A stretch of 64,000 nucleotides of DNA from Candidatus Nanoarchaeia archaeon (GTDB taxonomy: Archaea > Nanobdellota > Nanobdellia > Woesearchaeales > JACPBV01), in NCBI GenBank assembly GCA_028279655.1, contig JANQNH010000007.1, positions 35,338-99,337 of the forward strand. Reading direction: 5' to 3'. The translations under genes and the position numbers were made by a program. The notes under the pieces were generated by a model that ran no database searches, was not told the DNA's origin, and saw only the letters and a program-made list of their open reading frames with translations. Positions 49,593-59,345 of this stretch are shown here, one piece after another (within the stretch, counting starts at the first letter, position 1; every line of letters starts with the position of its first letter).

Positions 49593-51194
49593 ATGGCATT
49601 TAGCAGAGTAGGCTCATCAGCAGCAGTTGGTGCAGCTAACAGAACAAAAGAAGATGTTAATCCAATAAGTGGTTTGTGTGGCACATGCTGGGAAAGTTGT
49701 GTAGGCCTCTGTGAAGTTGGAAAATCAGCAATAAGGGGTCCTGAGATGATATATCCTCAGCCTTTTGGGGACGTAACCGCAGCTTCTATAAAGAGGTATC
49801 CGGTTGACTGGGGGGCATTCAATATCCTTGGAACAGCAGTAGGCGCAAAGGGTATAGAATCTGATTCTGACAAGGCAATATTCCCAAATGTAAAATTAGA
49901 TATTACCTTAGGAAAGAAAGAAGGAAAGGAAGGCATCAAGCTAAGAGTTCCGGTAACAGTCCCTGGACTTGGCTCTACAGATGTTGCAAGAAAGAATTGG
50001 GAAGCCCTTGCTGCAGGCTGTGCATTATCAGGAATCCTGCTCACAGTAGGAGAAAATGTTGTAGGTATGGATCCAGATGCAACAATTGAAAAAGGAAAAG
50101 TGAAAGAGAGTCCAGCATTAAAATCCAGGATCGACATGTACAAAAAATGGCAAAAGGATGGCTATGGAGCAATCGTGGTTCAGGAAAACGTAGAAGATAA
50201 CAGGCTGGGAGTACTAGAATACGCCCTTAAGCTTGGTGCTGATGCAGTAGAACTAAAGTGGGGCCAGGGTGCAAAGAATATAGGTGGAGAGGTAAAGATA
50301 AGGACCCTGAAAAAGGCCCAGATGCTGCAGGAGAGAGGATACATTGTTCTGCCTGACCCGAGCAACCCTGAAGTTGTTGAGGCATTCAAGCATAAGGTGT
50401 TCAGGGAATTCGAAAGGCACTCAAGGCTTGGAATGGTAACAGAGGAAGGATTCGCAAATAGAGTAAAAGAGCTAAGAGATGCAGGTGCAAAATATCTGTT
50501 CCTTAAGACAGGAGCTTACAGGTTCGAGGACCTAGCAAGAGCTCTTGCATTCTCATCGAAATACAAGATCGATGTTTTGACAGTTGACGCAGCCGGAGGA
50601 GGGACAGGGATGTCGCCGTGGAGGATGATGAACGAATGGGGAACCCCTCCAATAGAAACCTTCCAGAAGGTATTTGAATATGCACAAGAGCTTGAAAAGC
50701 AGGGAAAGCATATACCTGATATTGTGTTTGCCGGAGGATTCTCCCTAGAGGACCATATCTTCAAAGGATTGGCATTCGGAGCACCATATGTAAAAGCTAT
50801 AGGTATGGCAAGGGCCCCACTGACAGCAGTGATGGCCAGCACCGCTATATGGAGAAGGATCGAACACGAGAGTGAACAGTCCCTAGTAGACAAGTACGGA
50901 AGAGACAAAGGGGAGATATTCTTTGGATCCACAGAGTTGAAAAATCTTGTAGGAGAAGACCTGGAAGAGATACCTGCAGGTGCTATAGGTGTCTTTACAT
51001 ACAGCATGAGGATTAGCCAGGGACTCAAGCAGTTGATGGCTGGAGCTAGGAAATTCAACCTTGCAGAGAAGGAATCAAGGCCAGAACGAAGCGACCTCAT
51101 TGCATTGACTCCAAGAGCTGCAGAGATAACAAATATACCTTATATAACAGAGCATGACAAAGAGATTGCAAAAGAGATTCTTTCAAAGGCATGA
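49593..51194 (+). CDS. FMN-binding glutamate synthase family protein (stand-alone domain)
   Basis: N-terminal Cys cluster, ELKWGQGAK..GGE, GGGTG, AGG, GMAR. Confidence 0.88.
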   Translation: MAFSRVGSSAAVGAANRTKEDVNPISGLCGTCWESCVGLCEVGKSAIRGPEMIYPQPFGDVTAASIKRYPVDWGAFNILGTAVGAKGIESDSDKAIFPNVKLDITLGKKEGKEGIKLRVPVTVPGLGSTDVARKNWEALAAGCALSGILLTVGENVVGMDPDATIEKGKVKESPALKSRIDMYKKWQKDGYGAIVVQENVEDNRLGVLEYALKLGADAVELKWGQGAKNIGGEVKIRTLKKAQMLQERGYIVLPDPSNPEVVEAFKHKVFREFERHSRLGMVTEEGFANRVKELRDAGAKYLFLKTGAYRFEDLARALAFSSKYKIDVLTVDAAGGGTGMSPWRMMNEWGTPPIETFQKVFEYAQELEKQGKHIPDIVFAGGFSLEDHIFKGLAFGAPYVKAIGMARAPLTAVMASTAIWRRIEHESEQSLVDKYGRDKGEIFFGSTELKNLVGEDLEEIPAGAIGVFTYSMRISQGLKQLMAGARKFNLAEKESRPERSDLIALTPRAAEITNIPYITEHDKEIAKEILSKA

Positions 51195-51214
51195 TTCATG
51201 CCTTAAATTTTTTT
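51186..51214 (+). terminator. Inverted repeat AAGGCATGA-T-TCATGCCTT plus T-run
   Basis: Spans the stop codon and is followed by a T tract. Confidence 0.5.
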
Positions 51215-51306
51215 AATTCTTTAAATCATAAGAATAATACAGTAATCCCTATAAGGACCATCTCTTAAAGATAATTTTAAATAGGACAATGTATTTATCA
51301 TAAAAT

Positions 51307-51984
51307 ATGAAGATACTTAAACTTTTTAAAAAACCAAATGTAGGGCCATATAATGCATTTAGCATTGTAAAGAACGAGAAAGGGGATTTTGATGATTTTC
51401 ACAAGAGACTCCTAAAAGGAAGCAATATAGTCCTCATAACAGGGAAGAGGGGATCTGGAAAAACAGCATTAGGCATGAAGTTCTTAGAGCTTTTCAGAAA
51501 GTTATCCAAGAGAAAGGTTTTTGCCATGGGTTTTGAATCAGCAAAGCTTCCTTTCAGGATAAAAAAGGCAGATGATATAGGGGAGATATCCAATAACTCT
51601 GTCGTTCTTATAGATGAAGGAGCCATCACCTTTAGCTCCAGAGATTCTATGAAATCAGCCAATAAGTTGCTTGGCAAGCTGATGTCCATAGCAAGGCATA
51701 AGAACCTCAGCCTGCTGCTTATTGCACAGAATTCTGCTATGATTGACCTTAATGTGTTAAGGCTGGCTGATACGATAATTTTAAAGGAGCCGTCTTTACT
51801 TCAGGCACAGTTTGAAAGAAAAGCGATAAAGGACATGTACGAAAAAGCAAGTGTTCATTTTAACGATATAAAAGACAAAAAATCTCATTTCTATGTGATG
51901 GATGATGAGTTCGAAGGATTGTTGAGGTACTCTCTTCCATCTTTCTGGAGTGAAAGCATAAGCAAGAGCTTTAGGAACAGTTGA
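51307..51984 (+). CDS. Zot-like P-loop NTPase
   Basis: GKRGSGKT, VLIDE, IARH, IAQN. Confidence 0.75.
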   Translation: MKILKLFKKPNVGPYNAFSIVKNEKGDFDDFHKRLLKGSNIVLITGKRGSGKTALGMKFLELFRKLSKRKVFAMGFESAKLPFRIKKADDIGEISNNSVVLIDEGAITFSSRDSMKSANKLLGKLMSIARHKNLSLLLIAQNSAMIDLNVLRLADTIILKEPSLLQAQFERKAIKDMYEKASVHFNDIKDKKSHFYVMDDEFEGLLRYSLPSFWSESISKSFRNS

Positions 51985-52004
51985 ATCTTAGAAAGTGTAA
52001 ATGT

Positions 52005-53264
52005 TCAAACCTTAAACTTACCTAGTTTCTTAAAATCCAGAGTAGCAAAATAATCATCGACCTTTTCAGAACGTCTTATCTCAACAACCGATCCATCCTC
52101 CCTCATCAAGAGCTCTGCTGAGCGCAGCTTACCGTTATAATTAAAGCCCATAGCATGACCATGTGCACCTGTATCATGAATTACGACAATGTCCCCTACC
52201 TCAACCTCTGGAAGAATACGATCTATTGCAAACTTATCGTTGTTCTCGCATAATGAACCAGTAACATCATACATATGTGTTGGTTTTTCGTTTTCTTTAC
52301 CTAGAACAGTAATGTGGTGGTATGCCCCATAGACTGCAGGCCTCATCAAATTAGCCATCGATGCGTCTAACCCAACATAATCTTTGTAGATATGCTTCAT
52401 ATGTATAACTCTTGCAACCAAATAACCATACGGACCAGCCATATTTCTTCCATATTCAGTAAAAATCTTAAGGGGTGGAAGGCCATTTGCAGCAATAATC
52501 TCATCATAAAGCTTTTTTACCTCTGCAGCCACATAATCAATATCCACCGGTTTGTCAGTCGGCTTATAAGGTATCCCAACTCCGCCACCAAAATTAACAA
52601 ACTCTATCCTAATACCCAATTTTTCATTTACCTCTACAACTAACTCAAACAACATCTTTGCAGTTTGAACAAAAGAGGAGGGGTCTAGTTCATTAGAAAC
52701 AACCATCGTATGTAGCCCAAATCTCTTAACGCCTTTCTCTTTCATCAACTTATAACCCTCGAATAACTGCTCTTTGGTAAAACCATACTTAGCTTCCTTA
52801 GGATCACCAATAAACCTGCTTCCTTTTCTTTCAGGACCAGGATTATATCTAAAGCAGATCAGTTCAGGTATTCCTGCGGTTTTCTCTAACATCTCAATAT
52901 GGCTTATATCATCTAGATTGATTATGGCTCCAAGCTCCTTAGCTTTTGCAAACTCCTCTGCAGGTGTGTCATTAGAGCTGAACATTATATTCTCCCCAGC
53001 AATCCCAACCTTCTCTGCAAGCAACAGTTCAGGAAGAGAGCTACAGTCTAATCCAAACCCTTCATCCTTCATGATCTTTAGGATAAATGGATTAGGCAAG
53101 CACTTTACGGCAAAGAACTCTTTAAACTCAAAATCTTTAAATGCCTTTTTCAGTCTAACAGCATTCTCCCTTATCCCCTTCTCATCATATATATGGAAAG
53201 GAGTTTTATGTTTATCCATAATCCCTGATATCTTCTTCTTTGTAAAAGGTAGTTTCTTAACCAT
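52005..53264 (-). CDS. lysA: Diaminopimelate decarboxylase
   Basis: TPFHIYDE, FAVK, KYG, GGG.G, E.GR, GSLCENND, NYNG. Confidence 0.93.
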   Translation of the reverse strand: MVKKLPFTKKKISGIMDKHKTPFHIYDEKGIRENAVRLKKAFKDFEFKEFFAVKCLPNPFILKIMKDEGFGLDCSSLPELLLAEKVGIAGENIMFSSNDTPAEEFAKAKELGAIINLDDISHIEMLEKTAGIPELICFRYNPGPERKGSRFIGDPKEAKYGFTKEQLFEGYKLMKEKGVKRFGLHTMVVSNELDPSSFVQTAKMLFELVVEVNEKLGIRIEFVNFGGGVGIPYKPTDKPVDIDYVAAEVKKLYDEIIAANGLPPLKIFTEYGRNMAGPYGYLVARVIHMKHIYKDYVGLDASMANLMRPAVYGAYHHITVLGKENEKPTHMYDVTGSLCENNDKFAIDRILPEVEVGDIVVIHDTGAHGHAMGFNYNGKLRSAELLMREDGSVVEIRRSEKVDDYFATLDFKKLGKFKV

Positions 53265-53315
53265 CATAACCTCAAGACAACAATAAATAAGTTAAAAGAA
53301 AATATATAAATCTTC

Positions 53316-54194
53316 CTAAATGATCCCCATCTGCCCTAAGACCTCTCTTAGCCTCTCCTTGCTCTCAGGCCTTAACTCGCACATCGGAAGCCTATATGCC
53401 TCTTCGCACATCCCTTTCATTGCAAGAGCGCATTTTATTGGTATGGGGTTGGTTTCTATAAACTCAACATCAAATAGGGGTTCCAGCTCGCTGTTCATCT
53501 TCTCCGCTTCCGCAAAATTCCCATCCAACGCAGCCTTAACCATTGCCGTCATCCTATCAGGAACCAGATTAGAAGCAACCGAGATAACACCATTACCTCC
53601 TGCTTTGATAAGCTCCAAAGTTATATTATCATCTCCAGAAAGCACAGAAAAGCCATCAGGTCTCTGTGCTATAACATCCTTCATCTGATCTATATCTCCA
53701 GAGGCCTCCTTTACTGCAACAATATTGGAGCAGTCCTTTACCAATCTCATCAGTGTAGAGGTCTCAACATTAACACCGGTTCTTCCCTTAATGTTATAGA
53801 CGACTATAGGTATTTTCACAGAATCAGCAATAGCCTTGAAATGCCTGTACAACCCTTCCTGTGTAGGTTTATTGTAATAGGGGTTTACAACAAGACAGGC
53901 TGTAACGCCTACAGACTCTGCATGTTTTGTAAGCCTTATAGCCTCTGCAGTTGAATTAGAACCCGTACCAGCAATAACCGGAACACGGCCATTGACATGC
54001 TGAACAGTCAATTCAATAACCTTGTCGTGCTCATCATGGCTCAGTGTTGGGCTCTCCCCGGTCGTCCCACATGGAACAATCCCAGAGATACCCTTTTCAA
54101 TATTGAAGTCTATGAGCTTCTTCAAACATTCTTCACTCACACTTCCATCTGCTTTAAATGGTGTAATTATTGCCGTATAAACGCCTTTAAACAT
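53316..54194 (-). CDS. dapA: 4-hydroxy-tetrahydrodipicolinate synthase
   Basis: GTTGES, PYYNKP, YNI, KEASG, SGDD, TNPIP; GGAGGGTGA SD before ATG 54194. Confidence 0.97.
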   Translation of the reverse strand: MFKGVYTAIITPFKADGSVSEECLKKLIDFNIEKGISGIVPCGTTGESPTLSHDEHDKVIELTVQHVNGRVPVIAGTGSNSTAEAIRLTKHAESVGVTACLVVNPYYNKPTQEGLYRHFKAIADSVKIPIVVYNIKGRTGVNVETSTLMRLVKDCSNIVAVKEASGDIDQMKDVIAQRPDGFSVLSGDDNITLELIKAGGNGVISVASNLVPDRMTAMVKAALDGNFAEAEKMNSELEPLFDVEFIETNPIPIKCALAMKGMCEEAYRLPMCELRPESKERLREVLGQMGII

Positions 54195-54211
54195 TTCGAT
54201 CACCCTCCAAT

Positions 54212-54916
54212 CTACTTAATTATCTCATCCATCATATCTTCTATACTATAAAACCCTTTCTTGCCGTTGATCCATTCAGCTGCCATAACAGCTCCGATGG
54301 CAAATCCTTTCCTGTTCTTTGCCCTGTGCTCCAATGTAATGACATCAGCGTATGATTCAAAATTGACAGTATGTGTTCCGGGTATCTCCCCTTCCCTTAT
54401 GCTTTTGATGTCTACATCATCAACTCTATCCAAGCCATTCTTAATAACATCTGCTATCTTCTTGGCCGTGCCTGAAGGGGCATCCTTCTTGTGTATGTGG
54501 TGCGCTTCGCTCATATTAACTCCATAATCCTTAAAGGTGTTCATCATTCCAGAGATATCCTTAATAAGCCTAAAGAATATGTTGACCCCTACTGAAAAAT
54601 TAGGGGAATAGATAAAGCCTATTTTGTTATCTTCAACTGCATCCTTTACCTCTTCTATCCTTTCATACCATGCGGTTGTACCTACCACAATATTCTTTCC
54701 CAAAGCAGCTATCTTCTTTACATTCTCAACAGCTATATCCGGAGCAGTAAACTCTATACAAACATCCACGCCCTTCAGAGATTCTGAACTGATCTCCTTA
54801 TGGGTTGCTCCCTCTGCAACAGGATCTATCTTAGACACCACCTTAAGTCCTTTCTCTAATGCGATCTCCTCGATTATATGTCCCATCTTCCCATATCCTA
54901 TTATTGCTATGTTCAT
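54212..54916 (-). CDS. dapB: 4-hydroxy-tetrahydrodipicolinate reductase
   Basis: GYGKMG, GTT, NFSVG, EAHH.HKKDAPSGTA. Confidence 0.97.
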   Translation of the reverse strand: MNIAIIGYGKMGHIIEEIALEKGLKVVSKIDPVAEGATHKEISSESLKGVDVCIEFTAPDIAVENVKKIAALGKNIVVGTTAWYERIEEVKDAVEDNKIGFIYSPNFSVGVNIFFRLIKDISGMMNTFKDYGVNMSEAHHIHKKDAPSGTAKKIADVIKNGLDRVDDVDIKSIREGEIPGTHTVNFESYADVITLEHRAKNRKGFAIGAVMAAEWINGKKGFYSIEDMMDEIIK

Positions 54917-55008
54917 AGACTAACTACAAGCGAAACATTTATAAGCTATTTAAACTTACTGTTACCATTATAACAAATTGTTAAAGTCCAATTATAAGGA
55001 GAACCGAA

Positions 55009-55662
55009 ATGGTAACAATATCCCATCTGATAAACAAGATCGTGAGTTCAAGGCCTATACTGCACGACGCTATAGATCAAGGCATAATCAGTTTTGGAAA
55101 TCTTGCAGAACAACTGCTGCCAGAGATAGAACAAGAACTGGACAAGAAGGTAAAACATTCTGCAGTGGTAATGTCCCTGAGAAGATATGCAGAAAAGATA
55201 AAAAACACCCAGGAGAGGCCAAAGTTTGACTATGACTCAGAGATCATAATGAAAACAAACCTCTGCGACATCTCTGTAAGAAAATCCCCCACCTTGTTTA
55301 CAAAACTAAGAAAGATATACGCCCTGGTCAACTACGAAAAGGGAGACGTTCTTAACATAATCCATGGAAACTACGAAGTTTCAATAGTATCCAACATGAG
55401 ATATCTGGATAAGGTAAAGAAAGAACTAAAAGGAGAAAAGGTTCTGAATATAGAAGAGGATCTCGTATCCCTTTCCCTCAACTTCTCAGGAGACTTCCTC
55501 CATACCCCAGGAATAATCTCCACAGCAGCCAGGAAACTGAACTGGGAGAATGTGAATATCTATGAGTTGGTTTCTACTCTTACTGAGTTAACCTTCATTG
55601 TTTCTAAGAAGGATTCTACAAAAGGCTATGCAGCATTGCAGAGGTTGGTTGGTGAGAATTAG
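55009..55662 (+). CDS. ACT-domain protein (aspartate-kinase-regulatory-like) with N-terminal helical domain
   Basis: HTPGII...NVNIYELVSTLTELTFIV; divergent from dapB. Confidence 0.75.
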   Translation: MVTISHLINKIVSSRPILHDAIDQGIISFGNLAEQLLPEIEQELDKKVKHSAVVMSLRRYAEKIKNTQERPKFDYDSEIIMKTNLCDISVRKSPTLFTKLRKIYALVNYEKGDVLNIIHGNYEVSIVSNMRYLDKVKKELKGEKVLNIEEDLVSLSLNFSGDFLHTPGIISTAARKLNWENVNIYELVSTLTELTFIVSKKDSTKGYAALQRLVGEN

Positions 55663-55685
55663 ATAACTGATAATTCTGAATAAAT

Positions 55686-57203
55686 CTAACTAGATGGTAA
55701 TTTTGCTCCACTAGGATTTGTAATAAAATTTCCAGACAACCCAAAATATTCCGCATTTGGCTTATACCCCATTTCGGTACATTTATCATCAAGACTTTTA
55801 AAAGAAGGAGCCTTAACATTCGTAACATATAAAACCCTATTAGGATCGTCATCAGAAACCACAATCATACTAGGCCTAAACTTCCTGCTTTTGGTCTTCC
55901 TCACACACAAACCACCCGCAATTTCAGACTCTTCATATCTTAAAATATCTTCATCACCGTAAAATTCTTTCATTGCTTGCATTCCAGCTTCATAATCAGA
56001 CTCATTCACACGAAGCAAAGCCTCATATTCTCTTATTTGGTTATCCCAAGTTCTCATAAACTTTCTTTTTAGCTGGTATTCCACATTTGGAATTCCCAAA
56101 TCCCCTTGCGGATTTAGTTCAACTTTTCCTCCTCCCCCGATCATATTAACAGAATATTTGGGAATACTAGTACCTGGTTGTCCACGCAGCTCTGCAATAA
56201 GATACTGTCCAATATTAATTGGGACTATTTCAGATGCAAGCCCATCAACCTTATGGCATTGGAACATATAATAAGGTATAACCCCCATTTGATGCAGCCC
56301 TCTAAAAAGTCTGCTCAATCTTCCAAAATCATCATTAACGCCTTTAAGAAGAACAGTCTGGTTCCTTATATCAAAACCGCTATTCTTTATCCTGCTGACT
56401 GCCTTCTGCATATCTAGTGTCAATTCTTCTGGTGCATTGGCATGTGTCACAAAATAAATATTAGGTGAATTAGTATAATCCCCTGTCTTATGCTTTGAAT
56501 ATTTTGCAATAATATCAAGTTTCTCTTGTGTAACTGCAAAAGGATTAGTTACAGGGAGCCTAGTTGCGATCCTAATAGACTCGACATGAGGGCTTAATGA
56601 TTTCAGTAAATAATCCAACTGGTCGCTGGGTAACGCGAGTGGATCTCCACCTGTTAAAAGTACCTCCCATACATTGCCATTCTTTTGTACATACTCAATA
56701 CCAATTTCCCTATCCTCTTGAGAAATTATGCTATCGCTCATATCTTTTTTCCTTTGACAATGAGTACAAAAGAAATGGCATATCGCACTTAGGCTTGTCA
56801 TCATAGCCACTGTTCCAACATACCTCTGATATGCAGCACCTATAGACCTCGAACCCTCAGCCATAGGATCCTCCGAACCAACATTAAACAGGTAATGTGC
56901 AGGCGTAGGAACCCCTTGAGTAAAGATTGCATTCACTTTATCATCGATTGATATTCCCTCAGTATCAACGCCAGTAGGATTATCACCCATAAGGGCTACA
57001 CTATAAGGGAGTACTCTCATTTTCTTCCCTCTCCCAAGGGCAGAATCAATCAGCTCTACCTGCCTTGGAGTAAGTCGAACTACCTTAGCCAAATCAGAAG
57101 GATTTTCTATAGCATTCTGTCTCTGCCATGCTGGATTCTCCCATGTAATTTGATCGACTCCAAATCTTTTCCAAGGTTCCTCAATGCCAGTATAGTATTC
57201 CAT
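55686..57203 (-). CDS. KamA-family radical SAM protein (lysine/glutamate 2,3-aminomutase-like)
   Basis: CHFFCTHC, LLTGGDPL, NQTVLLKGVND, PYY, GGGKV. Confidence 0.88.
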   Translation of the reverse strand: MEYYTGIEEPWKRFGVDQITWENPAWQRQNAIENPSDLAKVVRLTPRQVELIDSALGRGKKMRVLPYSVALMGDNPTGVDTEGISIDDKVNAIFTQGVPTPAHYLFNVGSEDPMAEGSRSIGAAYQRYVGTVAMMTSLSAICHFFCTHCQRKKDMSDSIISQEDREIGIEYVQKNGNVWEVLLTGGDPLALPSDQLDYLLKSLSPHVESIRIATRLPVTNPFAVTQEKLDIIAKYSKHKTGDYTNSPNIYFVTHANAPEELTLDMQKAVSRIKNSGFDIRNQTVLLKGVNDDFGRLSRLFRGLHQMGVIPYYMFQCHKVDGLASEIVPINIGQYLIAELRGQPGTSIPKYSVNMIGGGGKVELNPQGDLGIPNVEYQLKRKFMRTWDNQIREYEALLRVNESDYEAGMQAMKEFYGDEDILRYEESEIAGGLCVRKTKSRKFRPSMIVVSDDDPNRVLYVTNVKAPSFKSLDDKCTEMGYKPNAEYFGLSGNFITNPSGAKLPSS

Positions 57204-57379
57204 TTTAATCAATTAATTTCTTAAATTATCTAAGGGTATAATATAGATTCTTTCTCTATCTAAGAATTTCTCTGCTATTTATACCAGTCTTATGAAACAA
57301 AGCAAATATATATAATTAAAGGAGAATTATCTTTGTAAAAAGGTAAATTTTATATAATAAAAGTAAAATATAACAAAAT

Positions 57380-58375
57380 ATGTCCAAAAAATACCAACTT
57401 ACCAACACAGAATTATCAATACTTAAGCAGTTAGAGTTAGATTCCAGAACCCCATTCTCAAAAATAGGAAAAAAAATTAGGATGAGCCAACAGAGAGTCA
57501 GCTATGGTGTAGACTCATTAATAAAGAAGAATATCCTCAACAGTTTCTATACCCTGATAGATTACTCCAAACTCGGTGTCCTGAACTTCCGTGTTTATTT
57601 CAGTGTTTCTTACACAACCGAAGATGAATTCAAAGAACTGATAAATTACCTTAGGCAGGAACCATCAACATCCTGGATAGCAACAGGAGGAGGAAGATAT
57701 GATCTGATCTGTACCTTCTTCGCATATAACCCCTCAAGCTTCAACAAGACCCTCAAAAGGGTAATGAGGGGATTCCCAAAACAATTGGAGAACTATGTTG
57801 TACTGACAACAATAGTATCGATCAATTTTGGAAGAAAATACATATTACAGAACCAGAATAAGATTCCAGAAGGCATCAATATTGGGGGGGACAGGAAACC
57901 TGTAGAACTAGGCCAGACTGATCTGAAGATTCTGAACCTCCTATCTCAAAACGCGAGGATAAACTCAGTAGAGATAGGAAATAAGCTAGAACTAACCCCA
58001 AAAACAATCATCACAAGGATTAAAAGGTTAACAAAAATAAGGGTTATAAGGGGGTTTAAACCTGCATTAAACGTAAGAGAGACCAATAATATGGTATTCC
58101 TGTTAATAGTAAGGTGTCATAATGTTGTACAGGAAGAAAAAGACAGGCTAATCAATTACCTAAAACTGCATCCCAATGTAGTCAATGTTGTAAAGACGCT
58201 GGGAGGATGGGACCTTGAGATACAGATAGAAGTAAATAGCTGGTATGAGTACAGAAAGATAGTCATCGAGATAAGGCAGAAGTTCAAATCATTGATCCAT
58301 GAGTTGGAAAGCATTCCTATCTACAAAGCATATCACAAGATAAACTACTTTCCTGGTTTTTTGCTGGAGAAATGA
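57380..58375 (+). CDS. Tandem Lrp/AsnC-family regulator
   Basis: Two HTH plus effector-domain repeats. Confidence 0.9.
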   Translation: MSKKYQLTNTELSILKQLELDSRTPFSKIGKKIRMSQQRVSYGVDSLIKKNILNSFYTLIDYSKLGVLNFRVYFSVSYTTEDEFKELINYLRQEPSTSWIATGGGRYDLICTFFAYNPSSFNKTLKRVMRGFPKQLENYVVLTTIVSINFGRKYILQNQNKIPEGINIGGDRKPVELGQTDLKILNLLSQNARINSVEIGNKLELTPKTIITRIKRLTKIRVIRGFKPALNVRETNNMVFLLIVRCHNVVQEEKDRLINYLKLHPNVVNVVKTLGGWDLEIQIEVNSWYEYRKIVIEIRQKFKSLIHELESIPIYKAYHKINYFPGFLLEK

Positions 58376-58379
58376 AATA

Positions 58380-58511
58380 CTATACTTTATGTAGTTCTTT
58401 TAGAGTCATTCTTCGATTAGGGTATTTCCTATGATGTTGCTTAATTATATCAAGCACCTCTAGAACAAACCCTTCTCTAACTTCCGTATCAACAAAATTT
58501 TCTTTGTGCAT
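58380..58511 (-). CDS. Possible 43-aa small protein or gene remnant
   Basis: MHKENFVDTEVREGFVLEVLDIIKQHHRKYPNRRMTLKELHKV; fills the gap after the tRNA. Confidence 0.35.
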   Translation of the reverse strand: MHKENFVDTEVREGFVLEVLDIIKQHHRKYPNRRMTLKELHKV

Positions 58512-58518
58512 TTAAAAA

Positions 58519-58629
58519 CGGGCCCACGGGGATTCGAACCCCAGACCTATTGCTATCTCCTAACTCAGTAAGAGGCATTGGCGGAATACACAGGATTCTA
58601 TCGCTCTAACCAGGCTGAGCTATGGGCCC
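58519..58629 (-). tRNA. tRNA-Lys(CTT) with two introns (28/29: 58578-58599; 37/38: 58555-58568)
   Basis: GGGCCCA/TGGGCCC acceptor, GCTC/GAGC D-arm, TTCGAAT loop; removing both introns gives ATTGC-CTCTTAA-GCAAT and a 75-nt tRNA; no encoded CCA. Confidence 0.9.
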
Positions 58630-59345
58630 ACTTCTTGTTTATCAACGATTCTCCTTAAGTTTAAAAATCTTTCCCTATGATATGGGTTACTTGGCTTAAC
58701 TAATTCAAAAAATAATCTAATAAATTTCTGATTATGTATATTTAGAACGTGAGATTCTCTATGTTTTCTAATGTTAGATGTTCTGATTCCATTTCTTTCA
58801 AGAATTCCCTTTATTTGTTTAATTAAGTTTAAATGATTCATCTTAATCTCTATATTCATATAAGTATACTTCTTTGCATGGCCCCTATATTTCTTAGAAT
58901 AACGGTCATATATACTCCCATCTGTATTAAAAATACCCCTAATACAAGCTAAAGATAACTCATTATTATCAATTATCTGCTTGGGAATCGATAGTTTTAT
59001 TTTCCTACCAACAGGAAACCCGAAATCTTTAAACCAAGAAAAAACTTCCCTACTATGGACTACATAATCAATACAATTACCCCTCTTTTCACTTCTATGA
59101 AGAAGGGATCCTTTTGTTCCAAATTCTTTAATAAAAATAGGCCTGATTACCCTTTCATAATATTCCCAATCATGTGTATGTCCTGTAAGCATTGTTACAT
59201 ACCATTTAGACTTACTAGATCTTGAATTGTGTGTAGATTAACAACCATCTCCAATCAAAGCGCCATATACTTCAGCTAATGGAACTGAAATTGAATCAGG
59301 AAGAGTTTTAACATACTTTTTCTTATTTATTTTTGTTGAATTCAT
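58620..59345 (-). pseudogene. Free-standing double-motif LAGLIDADG endonuclease with in-frame TAA
   Basis: GGTGA SD, ATG 59345, LAEVYGALIGDGC* (TAA 59238-59240); same frame continues to IRGIFNTDGS. Confidence 0.85.

Noticed and set aside
51307..51984. Prophage/provirus
   Set aside because: No integrase, Rep, capsid-like genes or att sites around the ATPase
59238..59240. Stop-codon reassignment or readthrough
   Set aside because: TAA terminates many intact genes in the window; a single nonsense change or sequencing error is simpler
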